Assembly (NCBI GenBank): GCA_964401865.1
Contig: CAYNZZ010000021.1
Location: 1 to 15,609, forward strand
Direction: 5' to 3'
Source: an uncultured Erysipelotrichaceae bacterium
GTDB lineage: Bacteria > Bacillota_I > Bacilli_A > Erysipelotrichales > Erysipelotrichaceae
Length of the DNA stretch: 15,609 bases
The position numbers and the translations under genes were made by a program. How positions within the stretch are numbered: the first letter of the stretch is position 1; every line of letters starts with the position of its first letter. The notes beneath the pieces were generated by a model. It made no database searches. It was not told where the DNA came from and saw nothing but the letters and a program-made list of their open reading frames with translations. This document shows positions 6,425 to 13,091 of the stretch, in pieces.

Positions 6425-6946
6425 CTATAACATAATAATGTATTCTTCTTTATCTGAATTTTCACTCTTTATTATACGATTTAGTTTTCCTCCACAAGCT
6501 ATTATAGTTTTTCTGGAAGGCATATTATCAGCAGAACACACAACTTTCACTTCCGAAAGATTATGCATTTTAAATCTTTTTAAAGCTTCTTTTAGCATTT
6601 CAGTTGCATATCCTTTCATACGTTCTTCCGGAACAACACTATAACCGACATGCCCGCTATCCTTATAAAACTCTGTCATATCATAACGGATATTAATGAT
6701 ACCAACAATTTTATTTTCCTCATTCATCGCAAATAGCGTATCAGATACTCCAAATTTAGGATTAGCAGTACTGAAACTTGCATTATTTATAATTATCTCT
6801 AACCATTCAAGATAAGAATATTTATCTACATCTAATTTGTAACTACCGAAAATTGTTTTTTCTCCATTATTATAAAATTTCATTTTAAATTCTTGAGCAT
6901 CTTTTTCCATCTCAATAGTTGGAAATACTAAATTTACTCTTTTCAT
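6425..6946 (-). CDS. GNAT-family N-acetyltransferase (173 aa)
   Basis: The motif region IVGIINIRYDMTEFYKDSGHVGYSVVPEERMKGYATEMLKEALKRFKMHNLSEVKVVCSADNMPSRKTIIACGGKL is the GNAT acetyl-CoA-binding core. The track ORF (to 7009) was trimmed to ATG 6944-6946, which has AGGAGG 8 nt upstream. The longer version would begin inside the conserved R1 promoter/UTR. Confidence 0.8.
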   Translation of the reverse strand: MKRVNLVFPTIEMEKDAQEFKMKFYNNGEKTIFGSYKLDVDKYSYLEWLEIIINNASFSTANPKFGVSDTLFAMNEENKIVGIINIRYDMTEFYKDSGHVGYSVVPEERMKGYATEMLKEALKRFKMHNLSEVKVVCSADNMPSRKTIIACGGKLNRIIKSENSDKEEYIIML

Positions 6947-6970
6947 TTCTGCTTTTCCTCCTGAACTCAC

Positions 6971-7399
6971 CAAATCCCGATTTTTATAAATCAATTCTTT
7001 TAAAATCACCTAGAGTATAACATTTATTTAAAGCTCTGAATAGTTGAAAAAACCTGATAAATTCAAACTGGATTCTACTTGAAACGAATATGAAAATATA
7101 ATTAATTGGTAGATGAAAGCAAAGATCTATCTAAGAAGGAATCCTTTCTTCATGACACGCAATAATTACATCAAAATCATCATCTGTGAAAACATTTTTG
7201 AAAACATTTTTTGTAGACGCATGAGAAAAAGCCCTGTTTTGGTGGAGTTGTACCTTTAAATAAGTGTCAAAAAGGGCACTTTTTAGACCATTTGGAAAAT
7301 AATACAATCGAGTTTGAATAAAATATAGGCTTTAACGGGGGGTATAATTTTAAAAATATATAAAAAATGCCCCTTTAACTTGAAAAAAAATAACACCTC
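6971..7399. repeat. R1 scaffold repeat, copy C (full length)
   Basis: Colinear with 3978-4403 (see that entry). The tandem 12-mer GAAAACATTTTT is at 7188-7211. Confidence 0.9.
7014..7040 (-). promoter_or_regulatory. extended -10 promoter inside R1-C driving the GNAT cargo gene
   Basis: Minus strand: TTCAGA (7035-7040), 15 nt, then TGtTATACT (-10 at 7014-7019). It is positionally homologous to 4021-4047. Confidence 0.5.
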
Positions 7400-7430
7400 T
7401 TTACTGAAATAAAAGTAAAGAGATTTTTTT
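7397..7430. terminator. bidirectional terminator at the outer edge of R1-C
   Basis: Perfect 9-bp stem CTCTTTACT-gaaataaa-AGTAAAGAG with a T7 run after it and an A-rich run before it. A second small hairpin, GTAGGgtgaCCTAC, follows at 7437-7450. Confidence 0.65.
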
Positions 7431-7634
7431 ATGAAAGTAGGGTGACCTACTTCTTTTAATTTAGTCATTTATTTTGAAAATGACAAAATTAAAGTGAGAA
7501 ACTTAAAAAAATTTTAAAAGTGAAAGAAATAAAATATATAATCATAGATAGTATAGAAGTAATAGAATTTGTGAAGATGGAAAAATGATATAGGTTGAAC
7601 TTCAAATATATAAAATATAAATGGAGGATGTTTC

Positions 7635-7949
7635 ATGCAAAAAGCAATAAAAGAAATCATAGAGTTTAATAGAGAAAGAGAGTGGGATCAATTTCATTCG
7701 CCCGAAAATTTAGCAAAATCTATAGTCATAGAAGCAGGAGAACTCTTGGAATGTTTTCAATGGAATAATAACTATGATAAAGAAAAAGTATGTGAGGAAT
7801 TAGCCGATGTAGTGAATTATTGCGTTGTAATGGCAGATCGTTTACAAGTGGATTTAGAAACAATAGTGTTAGATAAATTAGAGAAAAATCGTCAAAAATA
7901 TCCAGTCGAAAAAGCGAAAGGAAATTCAAAGAAGTATAATGAATTATGA
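7635..7949 (+). CDS. MazG-like all-alpha NTP pyrophosphohydrolase, RS21-C6/DCTPP1/YpjD type (104 aa)
   Basis: RBS GGAGG 7 nt upstream. The sequence REREWDQFHSPENLAKSIVIEAGELLECFQW...EELADVVNYCVVMADRLQVDLETIVLDKLEKNRQKYP contains the E-x2-E and E-x2-D metal-binding motifs and the family-typical F-H-x-P-x-N-L and K-N-x3-YP boxes. Confidence 0.85.
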   Translation: MQKAIKEIIEFNREREWDQFHSPENLAKSIVIEAGELLECFQWNNNYDKEKVCEELADVVNYCVVMADRLQVDLETIVLDKLEKNRQKYPVEKAKGNSKKYNEL

Positions 7950-9811
7950 TTGTATACCAAGAAACAAAAAAGAAATTTTTAACAGATGTAAGACTGGATT
8001 TAATTGAGGATAAAATAGAACAAAAGGTACTCGAACGGTTGCATAAAAAGACTGCTCATAATGAATTTTTATCTTGGATGAATTCGATGCAGTATATGTA
8101 TAAAGTCTTGGAAGCTAAAAGTATTCCAGATGATAGTGTAATTGCAATCGAGTATAGGATACCTAATTCAAATAAGCGGGTGGATTTCATCATTAGTGGT
8201 GAAAATGAATTAGGACAAGAAAGTGCAGTTATTATAGAACTGAAGCAATGGCAAAAATTAGAAAAAGTGGACTCCAAAGAAGCGGTTGTCAAAACTCATT
8301 TACAAGGAAGAATGGTGGAGACAACGCATCCTTCATATCAGGCTTGGTCTTACGTAAGTATGATAGAAGACTATAATGAAGATGTTAGAAAATATAAAAT
8401 CAATTTGCAACCATGTGCTTATTTACACAATTATAGGCTTCAAGAGCATGATGATTTAACAGATTTATGTTATGAATATTATATTGATAAGGCACCAGTA
8501 TTCACCAGAGGAGATACAGATAAATTAGCGAAGTTTATCTCGAAATATGTGAAAAAAGGGAATCCTGATGTGCTTTATCATATTGAACAAGGAAGAATTG
8601 TTCCAAGCAAATCTTTACAAGACAGTTTATCATCCATGTTAAAAGGTAATAGAGAATTTACATTGATTGATGAACAAAAAGTAGTGTTTGAAAGGGCATT
8701 AGAAATTGTAAGAAATCAAAACAAGAAAAAAGTATATATAATTCATGGAGGTCCGGGTACTGGGAAAACGGTTTTAGCAATAAATATGCTTGTTGCGATA
8801 TTGAACATGAATCAAAATGTGATGTATGTAACAAAGAATTCTGCGCCTCGAGAAGTGTACCGGAAAAAATTGACAGAAGGAAAATATCGAAAAGCATATA
8901 TCGATAATTTATTTAAAGGATCAGGAGCTTTTACAGAAGCCATATCAGATGATTTTGATTGTTTAATTGTCGATGAGGCTCATCGGTTAAACGAAAAATC
9001 TGGAATGTTTCAAAATTTAGGGGAAAACCAAGTAAAAGAAATTATAAATGCAGCGAAAACAAGTATATTTTTCGTTGATGATTTTCAAATCGTAACTACT
9101 AAAGATATTGGAAGTACAAATGAAATAAAAAAATGGTGTCTTTTCTTTGATGCTCAAGTATATGAAGATACACTTATATCACAATTTAGATGCAATGGTA
9201 GTGACTCTTATCTTTCATGGATAGATAATGTCTTGGAAATCAATCCAGAAGCAACAGATGACTTTGATTGTGATTATGATATTCGCATTTGCGATACTCC
9301 AGACGAAGTAAGACAATTAATTTTAGAAAAAAATAAAACTAATAATAAATCGAGAATGGTTGCTGGTTATTGTTGGAAATGGATTAAAGAAGGGAAAAAT
9401 GATAGTCATGTTCATGACATACAAATTGGAGATTTTGGAATGTCATGGAATCTTGGGTCTTCTTCAACATGGGCTATCGATTCTGAATCTGTAAATGAAA
9501 TAGGTTGTATTCATACCTGTCAAGGATTAGAGTTTGATTATGTTGGAGTTATTATCGGCGATGATATGCGTTATGACAATGGCATTATTACTGATTTTAT
9601 GAAAAGGGCTAGTACTGATCAATCTATTAAAGGGTTAAAAGGTTTATATAAAAAAGATAAAGATAGAGCTAAAAAAATTGCAGATCAAATTATAAAAAAC
9701 ACATATAGAACATTATTAACAAGAGGGCAAAAAGGATGTTATATCTATTGCGTTGATGGTAGTTTAAAATCGTATTTGAAAGAAAGATTAACAAAATCTA
9801 TTCAAAATTGA
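7946..9811 (+). CDS. DUF2075-family (Schlafen-type) P-loop helicase with an N-terminal PD-(D/E)xK-like nuclease motif (621 aa)
   Basis: The start overlaps the MazG stop (ATGA at 7946-7949). Nuclease-like motif: VDFII (aa 79-83) ... IIELK (aa 96-100). Walker A: GGPGTGKT (aa 268-275, nt 8747-8770). Walker B: CLIVDEAHR. C-terminal boxes: IHTCQGLEFDYVGVIIG and YRTLLTRGQKGCYIY, typical of DUF2075. Confidence 0.85.
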   Translation: MIVYQETKKKFLTDVRLDLIEDKIEQKVLERLHKKTAHNEFLSWMNSMQYMYKVLEAKSIPDDSVIAIEYRIPNSNKRVDFIISGENELGQESAVIIELKQWQKLEKVDSKEAVVKTHLQGRMVETTHPSYQAWSYVSMIEDYNEDVRKYKINLQPCAYLHNYRLQEHDDLTDLCYEYYIDKAPVFTRGDTDKLAKFISKYVKKGNPDVLYHIEQGRIVPSKSLQDSLSSMLKGNREFTLIDEQKVVFERALEIVRNQNKKKVYIIHGGPGTGKTVLAINMLVAILNMNQNVMYVTKNSAPREVYRKKLTEGKYRKAYIDNLFKGSGAFTEAISDDFDCLIVDEAHRLNEKSGMFQNLGENQVKEIINAAKTSIFFVDDFQIVTTKDIGSTNEIKKWCLFFDAQVYEDTLISQFRCNGSDSYLSWIDNVLEINPEATDDFDCDYDIRICDTPDEVRQLILEKNKTNNKSRMVAGYCWKWIKEGKNDSHVHDIQIGDFGMSWNLGSSSTWAIDSESVNEIGCIHTCQGLEFDYVGVIIGDDMRYDNGIITDFMKRASTDQSIKGLKGLYKKDKDRAKKIADQIIKNTYRTLLTRGQKGCYIYCVDGSLKSYLKERLTKSIQN

Positions 9812-10023
9812 AAATAAAATGTAATCTTTTGAAAAATCTTTTAGACAATAGAAAAATGATAAAGATAAGCTTGTATGGAAGATAGATACCATTTTGCTAC
9901 CAACACCAGAAAAATAAGTAATAATGCAGAGAAAATAGCTTTATTATCTAATAAACGCCTAAAAAACGTTAACAAATATGTTCGCTATAATCGTTTCATT
10001 TCGGAGTTCGAATAATTTCGATA

Positions 10024-11943
10024 TTAATCATTATCAAAGAAACGATAATAATCATAGTACATAATATTTTTACTCATGTTTATCATATTGGCAACATTCT
10101 GGTTGATAGCATCGACATATGAATCGCCGACATCTAAACCAGAAATAAAAGGTTCAAAAGTATTGGTACTGGCATAGTATTTTCCTAGATTGCTAACCCA
10201 GCTTCTATCGTTAAATATAGCTAGTTTTAGTGTAGAATTATCCAATATGTCTTTGCCAATAATCAATCTAGAATCATAAGCTATATCAAATAAATTATAA
10301 ATAGTGGGAAGTACGTCGATTTGACTGCCCACATTGTTGATGTGTTTAGTTTCCATTTCACTATTGTATAGAATGAAATTAGAACGGTTTATTTCGATGA
10401 TACCGTCTTTTTGCGTATCAGACATCTCGTTCATTTCATCTAAGCTCAAGGCATATGGATAATGATCGCCAACAAGAGCGATGACAGTATTCTCCAATTG
10501 TCCGTTTTCTTCTAGCTTACTAAGCAGACTTTCTAATGCTCGATCTAGTTCGATTTGAGTAGCAATATATGCTTTTACGCGATAAGAATAGGGTAAGTCT
10601 TTAACCTCTTCCTGATGTTTAATACTCATGGCGTTATCGGTAAAATCATAATTCATATGACCGCTTACAGTTGCGTAATATACTAAAAATTTATCATCAT
10701 TGATATATTCATCAATTGTAGAATCTATCATTTCTTGGTCACTTTTTGGAAAAATGGAGCAGTCAATCTTTTCTTCTAGACCATTTCCGCATGCTTCATA
10801 ATAATCGAAACCTATAGAATTTAAATATATATTCCTCTCTTGAAAAGAGTAATCGTGATTATGATAACTGTAAGCACTATAACCGTTTTCTTTAAATAGT
10901 GTAGCTAGTCCAAATGGATATGAGTTTTTGCCTGTTCGCCACACATATGACAACATACTTAAATCAGGATATAAGCCAGTCAATTCTTGAAATTCTCCGC
11001 CAATTGTCGAAAGTATTACCGGTGAGTAGAAATTGTCAAATACGAATCCATTATTTACTAGCTTATATAACGTCGGAGTAAGCTCTCTATCTACTACAAC
11101 ACCATTAAAACTCTCGGCCATAAACAGAATTAAGTTTTTATCTTTAAAAAAACCAGTATATTCATTTTTGTTGCCAGCTTTATTATTCGCAAAATATTCA
11201 TGCATTGTTTTGATGTCATGGTTTTTCTCGTTTTCAATTAATGAATTAAAATCAATGTCTAATATTTGTTTTTCATATTCAAATTTTTTTATTTCTTCTT
11301 CATCGCCGTCGATATCTTTCTCAGGATTTACTATAACTATTTCTTCTTTAAAGCTGGTTACATTTTTTCTCATCTCAATAATTGTGGATGGAATAACACC
11401 AAAATACTGATGATTCAGAGCGTTGTTTTGAGTGTATAAATATAGAGATTTTAAAGAATTGGTACCATTATTGATTAAGGAATTATAAAAGCACAAATAC
11501 GAGCATATTGCGATTGTGAGAAGTATTAATTTTGCATCGTTAGCGAACTTGATTCTTTTATAAAAAATGATAGCCAAGAAAAAAGGAATAAACATCAAGA
11601 CAATGATTAAGAAATTGGATTTTATAATTGATATGGCTTGGGCAAAAAAACCAAGCGCTTGATCGGCGAATCCAGTTGCAGATAAGGAAAAATAGACACC
11701 GAATGTTTTGTAAAAAATAGTTTCTATACAAAACCAAAGCGAGATTAAAAAAACAATGATTAAAAAGACAAACTTCTGTATTCTAGTTGGCAAAGATTTG
11801 GTTAAGATACTTAACAAAGCAGATAGGAAGATTATATATAATAAATTGAGCAATAAATATATTCCGAAAGTATTACTTACCAGTATTTTGAAAATTAATT
11901 CCAGATAGCTGAAAATAAACAAGTAAAAAATAAACAATCTCAT
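10024..11943 (-). CDS. ltaS: LTA synthase family protein (polytopic N-terminus plus extracellular sulfatase-like domain)
   Basis: 639 aa. The first 190 or so residues form several hydrophobic helices. The sulfatase/LtaS core follows: NLILFMAESFNG...TIGGEFQELTGLYP...YYATVSGHMNY...IALVGDHYPY. Confidence 0.75.
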   Translation of the reverse strand: MRLFIFYLFIFSYLELIFKILVSNTFGIYLLLNLLYIIFLSALLSILTKSLPTRIQKFVFLIIVFLISLWFCIETIFYKTFGVYFSLSATGFADQALGFFAQAISIIKSNFLIIVLMFIPFFLAIIFYKRIKFANDAKLILLTIAICSYLCFYNSLINNGTNSLKSLYLYTQNNALNHQYFGVIPSTIIEMRKNVTSFKEEIVIVNPEKDIDGDEEEIKKFEYEKQILDIDFNSLIENEKNHDIKTMHEYFANNKAGNKNEYTGFFKDKNLILFMAESFNGVVVDRELTPTLYKLVNNGFVFDNFYSPVILSTIGGEFQELTGLYPDLSMLSYVWRTGKNSYPFGLATLFKENGYSAYSYHNHDYSFQERNIYLNSIGFDYYEACGNGLEEKIDCSIFPKSDQEMIDSTIDEYINDDKFLVYYATVSGHMNYDFTDNAMSIKHQEEVKDLPYSYRVKAYIATQIELDRALESLLSKLEENGQLENTVIALVGDHYPYALSLDEMNEMSDTQKDGIIEINRSNFILYNSEMETKHINNVGSQIDVLPTIYNLFDIAYDSRLIIGKDILDNSTLKLAIFNDRSWVSNLGKYYASTNTFEPFISGLDVGDSYVDAINQNVANMINMSKNIMYYDYYRFFDND

Positions 11944-12010
11944 GTCGTAAGTATATTACAAAATATTTATTAAAACATAAAAAAAGATTCCATCGGAATC
12001 ATATTTTTAA

Positions 12011-12087
12011 TGGCGGTCCGGACGGGGATCGAACCCGCGATCTCCTCCGTGACAGGGAGGCATGTTAAACCACTACACCACCGGACC
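12011..12087 (-). tRNA. tRNA-Asp (GTC)
   Basis: The reverse complement ggtccggtggtgtagtggtttaacatgcctccCTGTCACggaggagatcgcgggttcgatccccgtccggaccgcca folds as a cloverleaf. The anticodon loop is CT-GTC-AC and the CCA end is encoded. Confidence 0.9.
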
Positions 12088-12088
12088 A

Positions 12089-12162
12089 TGGAGCAGATGA
12101 AGGGAATCGAACCCTCGTGTCGACCTTGGCAAGGTCGCGTTCTACCATTGAACTACATCTGC
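12089..12162 (-). tRNA. tRNA-Gly (GCC)
   Basis: Reverse complement: gcagatgtagttcaatggtagaacgcgaccTTGCCAAggtcgacacgagggttcgattcccttcatctgctcca. Anticodon stem is cgacc/ggtcg, the loop is TT-GCC-AA, and CCA is encoded. Confidence 0.9.
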
Positions 12163-12170
12163 ATTTATTA

Positions 12171-12261
12171 TGGCGAAGAAGGAGGGATTTGAACCCTCGC
12201 GCCGGTTTCCCGACCTATGCCCTTAGCAGGGGCACCTCTTCGGCCTCTTGAGTACTTCTTC
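12171..12261 (-). tRNA. tRNA-Ser (GCT), long variable arm
   Basis: Reverse complement: gaagaagtactcaagaggccgaagaggtgcccCTGCTAAgggcataggtcgggaaaccggcgcgagggttcaaatccctccttcttcgcca. Anticodon loop is CT-GCT-AA, with a class II variable arm. Confidence 0.85.
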
Positions 12262-12353
12262 ACTCTACGCTTGCCGTTTAGCGCTTTTTAATATTAGCAT
12301 AGTGATTTTATTTTTGCAAGTATTTATGATATTATTTTTTTGAGGTGAGTATT

Positions 12354-12845
12354 ATGGCTATTGCAGAATTTATGAAAGTTAGTGCTGAACAGTTTGAAAA
12401 AGATTGTTTAAAGGTAAATGGTAATTATCAAAAAGAATGGTATGAAGACATCATTTTGCCGAAAAGAGCGACCAAAGGTTCTGCTGGCTATGATTTTCAT
12501 TGTCCCTATGATGTAGTTATCAAGCCTCAGGAAATGGTTAAAATCCCATTAGGTATCAGAGTGAAGATGGAAGAAGGCTATGTGTTAAATTTGTATCCTA
12601 GATCTTCTATGGGTTTCAAATATCAGATGACTTTAGCTAATACGACCGGAATCATTGATAGCGACTATTTTAATGCTGATAATGAAGGACACATTCTTGC
12701 TGCTATCGTTAATAGAGGAAATAAAGATATCATTTTAAACAAAGGAGATCGCTTTGTTCAAGGAATCTTTTTAGCTTACTATCTTGCAAAAGAAGATGAA
12801 GACTTTAAACTTAGAACTGGTGGCTATGGAAGTAGTGGTAAATAG
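12354..12845 (+). CDS. dut: dUTP diphosphatase
   Basis: KGSAGYDF, YPRSSMG, GIIDSDYFNADNEG and the C-terminal RTGGYGSSGK are the five dUTPase motifs. The track ORF was trimmed to ATG 12354, which has GAGGTGA 5 nt upstream. Confidence 0.9.
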   Translation: MAIAEFMKVSAEQFEKDCLKVNGNYQKEWYEDIILPKRATKGSAGYDFHCPYDVVIKPQEMVKIPLGIRVKMEEGYVLNLYPRSSMGFKYQMTLANTTGIIDSDYFNADNEGHILAAIVNRGNKDIILNKGDRFVQGIFLAYYLAKEDEDFKLRTGGYGSSGK

Positions 12846-12850
12846 CTTTT

Positions 12851-12925
12851 GTGTCTATAGCTCAATGGATAGAGTATTTGATTCCGATTCAAAAGATGTA
12901 GGTTCGATTCCTACTAGGCACGCCA
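12851..12925 (+). tRNA. tRNA-Arg (CCG)
   Basis: gtgtctatagctcaatggatagagtatttgaTTCCGATtcaaaagatgtaggttcgattcctactaggcacgcca. Acceptor stem is gtgtcta/taggcac (one G-U pair), the anticodon loop is TT-CCG-AT, and CCA is encoded. Confidence 0.85.
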
Positions 12926-12929
12926 TATT

Positions 12930-13020
12930 GCTGACTTGTGTGAGCGGTTGAAACAACCGTCTTGGAAAGGCGGCGTACGTCAAAAGCGTACCACAGGTTC
13001 GAATCCTGTAGTCAGCGCCA
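12930..13020 (+). tRNA. tRNA-Ser (GGA), long variable arm
   Basis: gctgacttgtgtgagcggttgaaacaaccgtcTTGGAAAggcggcgtacgtcaaaagcgtaccacaggttcgaatcctgtagtcagcgcca. Acceptor stem is gctgact/agtcagc, the anticodon loop is TT-GGA-AA, and the variable arm is gtacg...cgtac. Confidence 0.85.
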
Positions 13021-13025
13021 TTTTT

Positions 13026-13044
13026 AAGCACTTAGGTGCTTTTT
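13026..13044 (+). terminator. terminator after the tRNA pair
   Basis: AAGCAC-ttag-GTGCTT followed by TTTT. Confidence 0.6.
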
Positions 13045-13091
13045 ATTATTTTAGTGGTGTATAATAATTTTATATTATAAGGAGGTTAGTT

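Noticed and set aside
1685-7009. Longer N-terminal extensions given by the ORF track for abiEi (1685), the GNAT gene (7009) and dut (12345).
   Set aside because: Internal ATGs at 1766, 6946 and 12354 each have a strong, correctly spaced Shine-Dalgarno sequence. The extensions run into promoter, repeat or UTR sequence.
1428-7399. Whether the repeated sequences could be a CRISPR array or integron attC sites.
   Set aside because: The repeats are 150-430 bp and imperfect. They are separated by kilobase segments containing promoters and genes, not by 25-40 bp repeats with regular spacers. No cas or intI gene is present, and no attC-like R''/L''-L'/R' symmetry was seen.
9865-9996. Possible small hydrophobic minus-strand peptide downstream of ltaS (...LLDNKAIFSALLLIFLVLVAKWYLSSIQAYLYHFSIV*).
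   Set aside because: Only a TTG start is available, with no recognisable RBS. There is no comparative support, so it could be a random open frame in AT-rich DNA.
5661-11410. Antisense shadow ORFs within long genes: 5661-5849 (+), 6405-6644 (+), 7726-7929 (-), 8056-8292 (-), 8658-8897 (-) and 11033-11410 (+). The same applies to 2876-3061 (-), 13157-13339 (-) and 14077-14268 (+).
   Set aside because: Each is fully nested in a well-supported gene, either opposite to it or, for 14077-14268 within the aminopeptidase gene, in an alternative frame of the same strand. They have no family features.
12010-12192. 60-aa plus-strand ORF in the track.
   Set aside because: It lies entirely antisense over the tRNA-Asp, tRNA-Gly and tRNA-Ser genes. 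It is a GC-rich open frame by chance.
12011-13020. The tRNA cluster as the integration site of the accessory island.
   Set aside because: The island (ending at about 9.9 kb) is separated from the tRNAs by the intact core gene ltaS. No partial tRNA 3'-end duplication was seen at the island boundaries.
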